From assembly GCA_965235115.1 (NCBI GenBank), contig OZ249439.1, positions 33,978,001 to 34,042,000 on the forward strand: 64,000 nt of DNA. Direction: 5' to 3'. Shown here piece by piece: positions 1 to 13,800 of the stretch; position 1 is the first letter of the stretch, and each line of letters starts with the position of its first letter. The notes below the pieces were generated by a model. It was not told where the DNA came from. It was given only the letters and a program-made list of their open reading frames with translations, and did not search any database. The position numbers and the translations under genes were made by a program. This DNA comes from Laetmonice hystrix (lineage: Eukaryota).

Positions 1-1267
1 GATCACCCAGCAAAGTAGCCCAGATCTAACTCATATTTTATAATACAACGAAATACATCTGTCGTATTCACATTATGTAGACAGGAGGGGGGACGAGTGG
101 GCCTCCGAGGGTGATATGTTTTGCTGTTGACAATCCAGCATAAGAGGGTTTCACCGGTTGTAATCTCCTGTTCTGCCGGCCGGGCGTCGCCTCGCGGCCG
201 GCCGCCCGGGTCTACCGCCCAGCGCCCGGCGTAGATCTACTCACCGTACACGGCCGTAAATAGACCAGTCGTAGGTTTCAGTAAGAAATGTATTCAATAA
301 AAAGAATGATGGTACTTTGGTCGGTGCCTTAAGCTGGTCGAAGGCCGATGAAATGTGTTCTGCGAGGAGATATGACGGTTTGGACATACCGGCAACACGC
401 CAGCAACAGGGCCGGCGGGCCACTACGTTGGCTGTGTGGTACGCATCGAAGCAACACCGGCATTGTAAGCTGCTCGAAAGCCAATAACTTCCCGTAAATT
501 CACCCAGCGATTAAAAACAGCCCCGATATAGGCCTAGACGCGGCGTTTCGATCTATCCTGATTCTGAGCATACTTCTTACGATTCTTCACTGATTCAGTT
601 GTACTAGCCCGCAAGCCATGCTGCATGCATGCAAGCGGCATGTCGTGGGGAAAGCCCCCCCAGCAGGTGCGAGCCTCGCTTTCGTCTAGCGCAATGCACC
701 CTGGGGGACAGTGCTTGGCTCAGGCCAAACTGTGTACGACGTCACGTTTCTGTGAGTGGCTGATTGTAAACAACCTTGTCAAAAACGCGTGCCGAGTTTT
801 TCAGAACCGATCAAGGTGTGCAGGTTTACTCATCAAATTTCGCAATAATTACGAGTAAATAAATCCCGTTTGGGGCAAATCTGGTAAGATTACATGTTTC
901 TCTTTAGTTAGGATAAGGCAGAATCAGTGTGATACTCGAAAAATTCGAGAATTTACCATTACTTTAAGGAGTGAGGGGGCCAAACCTGGGGATATTTATA
1001 GGATCATTTTAGTGGGGGGGGGGGGGGGGGCAACACACTTTGGTCCCTCCCACTTTCTTTGGGGGGGTGCCCCCCCCCCCATTCCTACATCCCTGCTCTT
1101 CTCATGGACTATCCATAGCTAGGAGGAAGTATTCCCACAATTGTCTTAAAGGATGATATATATGGATAAATATGGCGCTAGATTCGAATCAGATCCCATC
1201 TTGAATGAGATACTAACTTGGCGAATCGTGTACCATGGTCAGTCTTATTTACACTAAAACAACCTAT

Positions 1268-1733
1268 GACTATCCATTATTTCAATAATTTCAAAATGAA
1301 GACATGGGCTGTTAGGTTAGATAAGACTACCGGGGGTACATAAATCAAGAACTGTATACCCACAGAAATGTAGAAATCTAGTGTAATTCAACTGGACCAT
1401 TCATTCAGGTGAAACTGAAATGGGGAATTTCATTAGATCTCTCCATTTCTGTGGGTATACATTTATTGATTTATGTAGTCTAAGTGAATCCACCAAGGCG
1501 ATTATCCTCACGACGTCCATGAGATTATGACATCACCCTTTTATTTTACTGGGATTTTAATTTAATTTGATCAAAAGATAGAACCTATTTCCAGAAATAG
1601 GGAAGGCCAGCGAGGAAAAAGTTACAGAGTGAAATTCCAAAAAGGTGTACGGTCATCGCCAGTGGATTTTTCTGCCTTATCTAACCTAATAAGCCATGTC
1701 TTCATTTTAAAGTCATTGAAATAAAAGATAGTC
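1268..1733. mobile_element. Non-autonomous inverted-repeat element (MITE); related pieces at ~5100-5190 and ~30270-30360
   Basis: Imperfect ~55-bp terminal inverted repeats (gactatccattatttcaat...gttaggttagataag / cttatctaacctaat...attgaaataaaagatagtc) plus an internal hairpin. Confidence 0.5.
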
Positions 1734-1947
1734 GTGGTTTGCATTAACCTTGACCTAGTAGACAATATGCCACAATTGCTTGACAGCCATGTGTAAAACC
1801 TGTTAAAACTATGTTTTAGGTGAACTATATCTCCAAACTACTGAAAAAGTATAATTCTTACGCTCTTTGTTAGGGGTTGTGACATAAACGAGATCTTGTG
1901 ATCAATAACACGTCTACAAATGATAAACGATATTTTAACACCGTTAC

Positions 1948-3950
1948 CTTCGTTGTCAAATTCGATGTCATCAAAATCTTTCCCTTTGAATTTTGCAATA
2001 TCTCCCTGGTTTATGGCATGGAGCAGCTTTGTCACTTTTGCCGTCTGAAGTGCGCTTTCTGGCAGCCGATAAAAGCTACGATGCACTTGGATGTCATGCC
2101 CCAGAAACGTGGCAAGGATATCCTGGCTGTTGTCACTGAGTGACAGCACTTGAGACAAGGTACCCAATTGCTTGCGAAGTCTTGTGGATGTCAGAAGCTC
2201 CGGCATTTTCGCGTTGCAGACTGCTGCAAATTTTCTCAGGCAGTCACATCCTCTGTGTGGGGTCTGTGAATTTCCAGTTCTTGCAAACAAAAGGTCTTGA
2301 CTATCTGGAATGCCAGCTGCTTTTCGATTGTTTACGAGTGCTTCAATGGTTAATTTCATTGGCTTGGTCAGCAAGACGGGGACCTTCCTTCCTCTCTTCC
2401 CTCTGGTTTCTATCCTTTGATGTGATTCATATAGTTTTAGTTCAAATGTGGTGAGTGCATTCCTGACTTCTGGGTCGGGTTCCCGGGGGGCCCTCAATGA
2501 ATCGGTATATTCTGAGACCTTTATTCTTTCTGCCTCCCCAGTCCGTTTTCTATTGAACAGGATAAGTTGGGCGAGACAGACCTCTGCCAGTTCAGGGTAG
2601 CATGCTACCTCATTGTGTATTCTTTCCATCAGGGTAACCGATTTTTTTTCCAAAAAGGAATGCAGTTTTGCCACATCTTCCACCAATGGTACCAGTTTGG
2701 GTTTGTTGTACTTATTGACATCCAGTGTTGCCAAAGCCTGACAAGAGATCCTGTCATTCCATTCTGATTGATACAGCTGTAAAAAATTCTCAGCTGTCTT
2801 TCTTTTTTCTGCATCATCCTGAATGATAGCTTGTGTCTTGAGCACCTTGGCACATTTGCTCAAAGAGTACCCAAGTTTTAAGGACAGAGATGGTGTTTTA
2901 TACCTGTTACTCTCTGCATTGTGGCCTGCAACCTTCCGAACACCTTGCAGCAGTAGTTCCCAATTTTTGGGATTTAAACACTCTTCTAACTTTTTTACCC
3001 TTGGGTCTATCATCATGATGCACTCTAGTAGTCTTCCCAGCTCTCTTATTTTCTGAGATATGTAGTTCCTTTGGTGTCTTTCATGCCCATATTTTTCAAA
3101 CTGCCTCTGGCCATGTGCAAGGATGAGTGCATCACCTTCAATAAGAAGTCGAACATTGTCATCTTTCATGTTCAACAGGACATGCTCGTATAGTTCCTTC
3201 TTGGCCACTTTAAGTGGAAGAAGCATTTTGCCATTTTTCACCGACTCTCTCGGACTTTCTTTTCATCTTCACTTCTCCTGTTTTCTACGCATGTCTTCAT
3301 GTGCTTCCATAAGTTGCTTTTGATGCACATTGCAAAGCAGAATTCACATGGTACATAGGCACTAGTATCCTGTTCCTCTCCGTCTCTAGGTCGATACTTG
3401 GGAATGAGTATCCCTTTGCCTGTATCCAATACCTTGAAGTTATGGTCAAAATTTCCGTTGTTTCTCATTTTGGACCACGCCTTTGATCTCTCTGCTGAGC
3501 CTTTTGGTAATGCAAGAATCTTAGCTACTTCAAGCTTATGTCCATGTACTTGTTCCAGGTGGCGGGGCATTTTGGCATACATCTTTGAGCAGAATACACA
3601 TGAGTGAAGTTTGTCTATCCTTTTTCCTGTCTCCTTCTTCAGTGCTTTCTGCACCATCTTGCCTTCGCAACTAAAAGCGCTATTACTTCCAGGAATCTGA
3701 TCAGAGTGGCTAGAATCATCACTATGATGAGTGCCTTGCTTTTCGTTACAATCTGAATCGCAGCCTTAAGGACCACTAGTCTCCGAGTCACTGGAGAAAG
3801 ATGCTGGGAGGTAGGGTTCATCCTCATTCGAGTCATAAATGATCTCTTCAGACAGCTCATCTCTTGAGCATGATGCTGGGACACAGCTGGAGGAATCATC
3901 TGATAACCCTTCATCACAAATAGCTTCACAGCTCTTCTTAGTTGATTTAT
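1948..3950 (-). pseudogene. Tyrosine-recombinase exon of the SET-YR gene: acidic linker, Cys/His zinc-finger-like region and YR domain; one in-frame stop and one frameshift
   Basis: Joins ORFs 3238-3657 (CVFC..HLEQVH, CEFC..HMKTC) and 1838-3241. The latter has YR-type motifs FNRKRTGE, RGKRGRKVPVLL, STRLRK and FLGHDIQVHRSFYRL. Acceptor gctacag|at at 3950, TAA at 3766-3768, frameshift near 3245-3265, donor gaag|gtaacg at 1948, so the gene continues toward the window start. Confidence 0.85.
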
Positions 3951-4864
3951 CTGTAGCATGGAAGACAACCTTTCTAACGTTAAACTCGAATTATCTCAAA
4001 TAAACTCAAAGACTTACTTTCAAATTTGTCAAATTTTCTGTCCATAACTCAGGCCTCCCAGTACCTAGTAATAAATTTAAAGGAAATCATACAAATCCAT
4101 GGAGGACAGACATCCAATGTTTAAAGGACATAAAGAACAATTTGACCCCTCTTGCCATATCGTATACAACTGCCTTTTTCTCCATAAGAATGTAATTTTA
4201 TTTTGAAACTTAAGATACAACACATCAATCTAGGTACAACTACTTAAATTATAATAATGTAAAACATTCTTTACTAAGGTACAAGGTACATAATCAATAC
4301 CATTCCATAGGTCCCAAGTTCTAAGATTTGTAATGAGGGTCATGCGAGCGCCGAAGGCCAGAAAAAGAGGAAAATTAAAGTGCCAAATTTTCGTGGCATC
4401 TGGGCACAAAGTCCTTAGAGTTAGCCCTGACAGACGGACAGGTAAAAAAGATGTGGCGCAACATCACATTGAAGAAATAAAGGACATAGAGAACATAAAC
4501 GAGGGCAATAGAGGACTGATTTACAAAATAGAAGATTTAGAGGACTTAGAGGACATCTGGGAGGCCTGCATAATTGCATAAGTAGCTGTTAAAGGTAGTG
4601 CTGCCGGGGAGGGGCATTTAGGCTATTTCAGAATGAAGGGTGATTGAAGAACGAACTTGGCATTTACAGTCTTCCTTAATTACTATGGTTGCCCTGTAAT
4701 ATCAGAAAATATCTGCCCTTTTCAATTCCTGGAAATGTCTCTGATACAGTGATTGTACCTATTCCCCAGAGCATTACGTATATTTTCTTAACCATGCGTT
4801 TTTTTTACGTAAATGTAGACTACCTAGAATAAATTTTAAAAACCTAAAGTTATATTTCAATTAC

Positions 4865-7800
4865 CTGTTAATGCTGAAATGTCCCCCTCTTTTGAGCACG
4901 ATGCTGAGTAACAGACCTCACTTGATTGATCTGCAGCATTAAAATTCAATTTCACTGTATTTAATTTAATTTTCGATTTCCTGGGCTTTTCAAAGACTTA
5001 ACTTTCAAATATACAAAAGTGTTTGTTCATAAGGCACTGTTCATTTATCATAGGCATTACTGGGGGGGGGGGGGGGGGGGCAGTAGAAATATCGGATATC
5101 CTTTCATTAGATTTCTCCATTTCTGTAGGTATACATTTATGAATTGATGCAGTCTAAGGCCTTATCTAATCCACCAGCCCATGTCTGCATTTTGGAGGGA
5201 TACATGCTGATTCTTTTAACTTGAAAATTTACAACATAGCCCTTTATGTTCCCCAGTGCAGTTTTTTATCTTCAAAAAAAAGAGAGTTGTTTTTGTCTTT
5301 CCTGAATTTGAATACCTGGAAGAAAATTAAAACATTTCAACTTATATTTCAATTACCTGTTTTACCTGAAGTGTCCTCTCTTGATGGTGACCCAGGTACC
5401 TTGTCAATTGATTCGTCTGCAGCGTTTGCTAACTTTAGAATCTTACAGTGTTCAGGCAAATAGATACCTTAAGTAGCCAGCTACTAAAATGGACCCTCTC
5501 GCCTAAGGTGCTTGAATGGCACATGAACTTTGATGCTTGATTTCACAGCTCCAATGTTAGAATTCTATCTGAACCAGCTTAATTACAGCCGACTGATCTA
5601 ATATAATGTTCGTAAACAGTTTTAAAAACTAATGTAATGTTATTCTAATAAGGGTTTAAAATATGGTAAAATAATTACCACTTGACTCTTCATCCTCAAA
5701 AGGATTTTCACCGACCGAATCTGTGTCAGAAATAAAATAAGGGGATGACTGCTTTTAGATGATGAAGAATAATAATCCGAATGTTAGATACTCAATTTTA
5801 TTCATCATTCATTGTCTTCACCAACCATGTCATACTTGTCACATGATGAATTATTATCCAAAGTTGCCACATGTCAGCAACATTTGTTTCATTTGATTTT
5901 CATGGTTGTTCCTAATACTGGTACACCAGGGGCCCGTTTTACTAAAAGTCGATAATAACGACATCGAAAACTTAACATAGGTTGCTAGGTCGAAAATAAC
6001 GACCTAGCAACCATTCACCTCTATGTTAAATTTTTGATGTCGTTATTATCGACTTTTAGTAAAACTGGCAGCTGTACCTGCAAACCCTGGGAGATGAGAT
6101 AATATATTATGTCAGTTACCTGTTTTTTCTGAAGTGTCCTCCTCCCTGACCCTGGAGCAAGATGCGGAGGCCTTCTCAAGTGCTTCATCTGCAGCAATTA
6201 ATTTCATTCGATAAATAAACTAAAAGTATATATGCAATTACCTATTTTTTCTGAAGTGTCCTCCTCCCTGAGCCTGGAGCAAAATGCAACTGTCAACATA
6301 GATAACTTAATACATGTTGCTTAGCCCCTGAATTCTTTAGCAGATATAGCTAAAAAATTCCCCTAGATTTGCAACAAAACCTTTAAAGATAGGCCTCAGA
6401 GGTTCTAGTTATAATTGTGCTCCAATCCTGAGAGCATGTACTATTTTTGGGGCAAGTTTCAATATTTTATTTAATTGCGTTTCCGTGTGACACTGCATTT
6501 TCTACCTGTAACCAAGCAAAAGTGACAGGGCCTCGACTGAAACGCCACTTAGTGGATGTCATGGCCCATTACGTCACAACATGAAGTCGCACACTGAACT
6601 GTCACAGACCACCGTCCAATTATAAGCCTATCGCCTGGCACACAGCGAGTCGAGAAAGTGATAAGTATAGTGAGTTAGGTTCCGTTTTTAGTGAGGAGAC
6701 GGATCTTCTCAACTGAAAATTGATGAATGTTGACTTCCATTGGAAATATATAGGCCTACGGAGGATACGGCAGGCTGCAGCCTGAATTTCTATCAGTGCC
6801 GGAGTGTATAAGCATTGTCACACGCAATTAATGGCGACTCCAACAGTAAACTGAGTGACAGTGGGACAGTGCTTGTGTCGAGTCTTGAGCTCCCCTTGCT
6901 GTGTATTACTGCCACTGGTTATAATCATTATACGGAAGCCGTGTATCCTCTCATCTATAAGGTCAGTGCATGAAACCAGTCAAAAATTTAACTGGCCCAG
7001 GTGGCCCTAAGCTCAGTGATGCAAAGGGACAGTCGCCCACTCGCCTGAGGCGACCAAGTCTTGGAGTAGTCGACAAAAACGTCTGTAACACTCGCCCACT
7101 TTGGCGACCAAGGACCCGGCTGTGAGGGGGGGGGGGAGCACAGGTGGTGCTGACCCACTTTTAAAGATTGGTTTCAGTTGCAGGAGGGAGAGAAGGAGAG
7201 AAGGGGAGGAGGAGAGGGAGGCAAGGGAGGTCTTACGGAGGCTAGAGATCAATTACATTGAAAAATAGAAAGGATTTAAGAGCCATTTATAGATTTAAAA
7301 AAAAAAGGTCTCTTACGTTGGACCACCAAAATTTTAGGTGGACCACTAAGTATCTGGACTTACTGGTCCAGTCTGACCACCAAGTTGGTGAAACCTGTTT
7401 GCAGCACTGTAAGCTTTACCCCGGCTATGTTTTTTTGCAGGTCGCAACACGCCAATTCGAAACCCCACGAAACAAAAAGCAGTGGTGATGAAAAGTGCCG
7501 GACTGCCGGACATTGCCGGCAATTTTTACTGATGTCCGATGTGAGGCATAGGCCTAATAACATCTGACAGATTGTCAGGTGTTATCAGATGGTCATGATG
7601 TTGGTAACCAGGGGCCCGTTTCACGAAAGTGTCGTAACTTACGACTCGTAAGCTACGACTAAATTTGAAAGTTACGACCAAATTCAGAAAGTGTCGTAAA
7701 GTGTTTCACGAAAGATCTCGTAACTATCCGAACAGGTCGTAAGACGTTACGACAAAAATCTTCCCTATATGCACCACAGCGGTGGATATTTCCGTGCACA

Positions 7801-10800
7801 CCTGCCCATTTACCTCGGCCGCACGCGCACGGGAGACAGGTGCGATCGGCCGGTGCGCGGTGCTCAGTGGCGGGGCGTGTTCAGCGGTCGGGCTGTTGCC
7901 GCTGTGCGGTGCTGGGAGGCGGGGTCAGACAGGCGGGTTTTGGGGACTTAGGCCCGATATCATTACCATGCCAACGCAGTAACAAACGCGAATTTTAAAG
8001 TGCCAGCGCCGACGGGTGGGGGTGAAGCCCGCCGCCCGCCGTAGATTTACACAATTTTAGCGTGAATGAGAGTCACACAAAATAAAGATGAAAGAAACCC
8101 GCTTTGTTTGATGTGGTTTGGATTGAAACAGTGCAACACAACTCTGACCGCACTGCGGTTAGCGATTGAAACAATGTACAGCTGCGGTTAGCAATTGAAA
8201 CAATGTATCAACGTCGAGAAGGACCGTTTGTTTTGCGCGGTAAAGGATCACTGGATGCCAGGCCAGACAATAAGAAGCAACGGTAAGCTAGACTATATCT
8301 AATATTTACAGTCTACACTAGAACTACAATTAATTTTATTTTAAGTGAAACAAAGATTAAGTTACAGCTCTGGCATATACTTGCCGACCATCTTAATTCA
8401 ACTGCTTCCAACTTCTTTTTATGACTTAAATAGGCCCTACCCTACCACGCTACTGCAACTGTAGTTGCGGAGTCGGAGGCGAGGCGGTGGGCCTAGGACT
8501 AGGCTAGGACTCTGTTCTAGCTTAGCTACAGTTATTTATGCCTAGATCTAGGCCTAGACTATATGGTTTCATTCTTTTTCAATTCAATCAGCTTGATCGA
8601 TATGTATGCCCTATACTATATAGGAGGCAACACTGCCAACAATGCAATAGATCTATCTAGATCTAGTCAATCTATGTCAGAGCACTGCCTCTGGGCTGGC
8701 AAATCGGGTGGGTGGGGGCGCCATCAATCATTTATTTAGGGTGAGGACAAAGATATGCAGTTTGTGCCCCTTGAGTTGACTTCCACTCAGTGTTTTCGTC
8801 AGGAATTTAGGAAATAATTTAGGCTATCAATGCTGAATGGGTGGGGGCGGGATAATGCACGCCGATCCCGGGCGGGGGTCTGGGGGCCGTCCCCAAAAAT
8901 CTTAGAATGCTGATGACGCTTTTTCTCAGCATCTCAGAGCAACAATCTCTCCCAAACCCTATTAGTATTAAGAAATTCCACGACGTGTATTTATGTGTAT
9001 CTTTAACCTTTTAAGTTCAAGTAGGCCTACTGTTGTGTTGACTTCCTCTTAATCATTCATTGCCACTTTTAAATGGACAGATGAGCAGAAATCCTAACTG
9101 GAGTGAGGAGGAGACCAATGTTTTGGTGGAGGGTGTTGAGAGGAGGAAGACGGTCATCCGGGGACGTCTTGATCAGGGGTAAATTCTCTCCTGAGTTCTA
9201 GAATACTGTGTCACTACCGACCTGCTTAAGCCATAAGGGGCTGTCCATAAATTACGTAACGCCTCTTTGCCTATTTTAAAGATCCCCACCCCACCCCCTG
9301 TAACACTTTGTAACAGCAAGACACCCCCCCCCCTAACAATTATGTAACGCGGCACAAGACACCCCCCCCCCCCCCTTCAGTTTCTGGTACAATGTATACG
9401 CCTGAACTTCCCTTCTAACTAAACTTAAAGGTGCTATTCGTGAACAAAAATTTAATTTTTTTATTTTTAATTTTGTTGACGTTTATGTGATCCCACCTAT
9501 CATGGAAATAGATTCACAACAAAGGAAATCAAAATTTTTCATGGATAACGGCACAAATGGGGCTCTCTCAGAAGGCCTGTGGAGACCCTGACACGCCCCA
9601 CCATAGGAAATGGCTCTATCTCGGTGCGCACCGAGATAGGTTTCAAATGCTGCACACAAACTAATAGAAGGTTTATCAGGCCAATGGTATCGGTAGGAAT
9701 TTTTTCTAGTAGATCTACTATGTGCACAATGTATGATAGGAGAAATGCCATTCTGTGTGAGACGAATAGCACCTTTAAGTAAAGATAAAATGACTGTAGC
9801 CTCAGTGTAGGCCTATTTTGCTCAGAGCCTAGGCTATGTATCTAAATTCTAATGTAGGACTCAACTAGCCCTACGCCTGGCCTATACTATAGGCTATAGG
9901 CCTATATTGACAAGGTAGACGTCTAGACCTGTCGCCGATAATATTTAATAATAAAAAGTGTATTTTTTTTATTAGTTTGATAACCTAGGCTAGGGCTAGG
10001 CAAACTTACTAAGACTAAAAGCAAGTAATATTTGAAGCCGGTTATTCCGTTTGAAAAAATGTTTGCAACTCCGCCAAAGTGCTGCTATGATGTTTGCCGT
10101 AATCTTTTGACATTCTGATTTAGGATCACATGGAAAGCCAAGAAGGCAGCCTGGGCTGCCATCACCGCTAGTGTGAACGGTGTGGGGAGGGCCCAGAGGA
10201 GCGACGATGAGGTCCGTCGGAAGTGGACGCACGTCTCCTCAGAGGCAAAAAAAAAACTAGCATACGAGAAGTCTGAGCGGAGGCAGACAGGTATTTTACT
10301 ATTATGAGCTTTTGTTAACCAGTGCAGTGGAATATTTAAAGATAAAAGCAAACCTCATCAGTCCTTTTTTGCAGTGTTGAGAAAACAGTTCATGTGACCT
10401 CCACCTTCACTGGAAAGATTTATCGGCACACTATAGGCCTAACTTATATAGGCTACCCCGTATAAGTTACAAAGAAACAAACTGGACATCATACCATTAA
10501 ATTCTGGAAGGGTACAGTGAAATTATAGTGAAACCCCTGCTAATTTCAAAATACATGTTAGCCAGACAAGAGCTATTATTAATCAGCCTGTTTTCACCAG
10601 TGTCATTAAGTTAATGTTGCAAAGCGTAAGTGATCCATAGCAAATGTAGAGTAAATTTATCGAATTATATAATATATTATATCGGGTGGATAAAAAAAAA
10701 CGCCCCGAACTTTAAACTTCAATATTTCAAAAAGTAATAATTGTAATTCAATGAAATTTTTCTTCCTATCCCGTCATGATGTTGTCTCTTAGTTGTTAAT

Positions 10801-13800
10801 GTTACAAGTCAATAGCTTGGATCATATTTCCGTGGCGCTAAAAACAAAAATCATTGTACAAAAGCGCAATGCCGTGCTAAAGCGACGTGTAGTCGCACCC
10901 AGAGTGCCTGCCCTCACACTCGAGTAGGTGGTCAATCGGTCCCCCGTTTTCACTTCATACTGCTCTTAGTCTCTTTTTCCATGAGCCAATGCACTTCCTG
11001 ATCTCTGATAGGGAAATATGTTCCCACCATTGGGAAATATACAACGTTCTGAATGTGTTGCTAAACGTGATAATGATACGATTTCCCTTGAACTTCTCGT
11101 TACAGTCATATCGTCCTTATGTTGCAGTTTCTCTGTAGGGTTTGGCACATTAAACATCTGTTTTTCTCTAAAAGTACTAGGAATAGCACATAATTTATTA
11201 TATCTAGTGGTCCACAACATTATACATATTGTAAAACATGCAAAAACTAAATATTGAAAATGTTTTTACCCAAGGTACAACGCGGTGCATCAAACAGGTA
11301 TCAAATTGGACACCTGGCAGCTGCATGATATTTGACCTAATTCCGGCATTGCGTTTTTAGACACTGATTTTTGTTTTTAGGGCCACGGGATTAATATCGA
11401 AACTATTGAGCTGAAACTTCAACATACCAGAGATAATATCATGAAGTGATATTAAGAGAAATTTTATTGAGTTATAATGCACAGTTTTTGAAATATTAAA
11501 GGTTAAAGTTCGGGGCGTTTTTTTTATCCACCCGAATAGCCTACATATATTTGAATACATCTATACTTGAATGTGCAGGTGGTGGAGTTCCTGCCTCCGT
11601 CCCCGTGTCGGCTTTGGAGGAGAGAATAGCCTCCGTTATAGGCAAGACAGGAGTCGAGGGTAGGTGATGATTACACAGAAATGACAAACTTGATTACAAA
11701 TAAAGATTGCACAAGTCTGTCTGTTGAGGTATAATCTAAGCCTATATAATAGCTCGGGGGTTCCCTGAGATACACCGTGAGTAGGCTATATAGCCGTGTA
11801 CAGGCCTAGGATCTATAATTAGTGAAGCTAAAGGGGGGCACGTGCCCCCTGTGCCCCCCCCCCCTGGATCCGCCTTTGTGGATCCATGGCATTGACTGAT
11901 TGAAACTGAAAAGTCTGGCAGCCTAGATGTGACGACGTCGTGCTAAGACTAAAGACTAGAGTGTGACTTTCATTCGCAATCTAACCAAAGAGCGTAAACA
12001 TTTACCATAAGTACGTTAGACCTAGAGAACTCTAGCCTAGGTCTATGATTTAACTTACCAGTCCCGCTTGGCCTCGTCCGGGCCACCTACCACTCCGTGT
12101 TTAATGTTCAGTGCCATGCTTTTAAATCCAGCATGAATCGCTAAGTCAGCACGAGGTCTGCCATGCGGCTACTCGCATTGCTCTAGCATTGCTCAGTGAC
12201 CTGATAAACCTACACCACCGAAAGTAGTTCCTGGTTTATCCACATTACTGTTCTACTAGGCCTATACATGTACAATTATTTTTCATATTTACATAAAATA
12301 TTAATCATGGTGTTAAAGCTGGAATTGGAAAGCGCTCTTAGTTTTCTAGGCAGCAAGCACGAAAAATCATGCTAATCGATGCATTCGCGCCTCTGATATT
12401 ATTCCGCTGGCCTACGCCGGGTAACATACGGTCTAGAGACTGAGACGTGTAGGCCTACATAGCATAGGCCTATTCCCGCTTAAAGTCCCTAGGTTTGTAG
12501 AGAGACTTGACGCGTACAATTTCCGCGTCACGTAAATTTATCGGGTACTCGTAGAACGGTTAGATTATCTTAGGGGTAATAGCATTTTGTTTATTATGTC
12601 TTATGATACATGTGCTTCTTATTCTGAAGCACAGGCGCAAAATTAGGCCTAATACTGTAATAGATACAGAGCTGCTCGGGGCATTCACATAGACTAATAG
12701 GCCTAGTTTGTAGGCCTTGCTATAGTAGTTAACGCGAACTTTATATTTTGTTGCACGGTATTATCATTGGATAGGCCTACTCCAACATGTAATGATTCTT
12801 ACATCCTTCGCCTTTATGATTACAGGTATCGAGGAAGGCCTGGAAACAGACGTGGCCGAAGGTAAGTTCAATATTCGATCTATACATGAACCATCTATAT
12901 ACACGCACACACCGTATTTGGGGTTATCTATTATATCAATATGAATATGAACACAGACTGTATTGATATTTTGATCTTTTCTAATCCCTTTAAGCATCAC
13001 AATTCTCTGCCTACATAAATATGGCGTTGCGACTCAAGCGATCATCTGATCTGTCAACGTAATCTATAAAACTATATGATTAGATTTATTCAAAGGTTCG
13101 GTTTCTTTTTTTTTACACTCAGATTCGGAGGCACCGGCAACAGCCTCTGTCTCGGAGAGCGCCCCCACGCCTCCCCCATCAGTCCCTGCGCAGCGTGAGC
13201 GGCGACCTACAGGATCTGCCAGAGTTTCAACCAGCATCTCCGTAGGTACACTCTGAAAATTAGGAAACACGGCAGTGAACAAGATGAAGTTTCATGGCGA
13301 GAGCAAGTTACTAACTAACATACATACCGGGGTACTATTATAACATATAGGAAAGGCAGGGGGGAGGGAGGGACTGAAGGCACTGAAGGGGTTAACAAGA
13401 TCTATCATTTTTAAACAGAGTGTAGCCTATACTTGTTTTTCCTTCAGAGTGAGAACAATATTTCATAGCTGTAGCTATGGAATAATGCCGCCTATGAAAT
13501 ATTGCAGTCTTGAAAAAGCCTAGTAGGCTAGTGCAATATTCCACGGACTGCAATATTTCATAGCTATAGCTATGGAATAATGCCGCCTATGAAATATTGC
13601 AGTCTTGAAAAAGCCTAGTAGGCTACTGCAATATTCCACGCACTGCAATATTTCATAGCTACAGGCTATGACATATTGCTGCCTATGAAATAATGCAGTG
13701 ATGCAATACTGCAATATTTCATAGGCAGTAATATTTCATAGCCTGTACCTATGAAATATTGCAGGCTATGAAATATTGCAGTATTGCGTTACTGCAATAT

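Noticed and set aside
3639..3968. 109-aa ORF as a separate gene
   Set aside because: It is an alternative frame of the YR exon; the acidic frame matches the splice phase.
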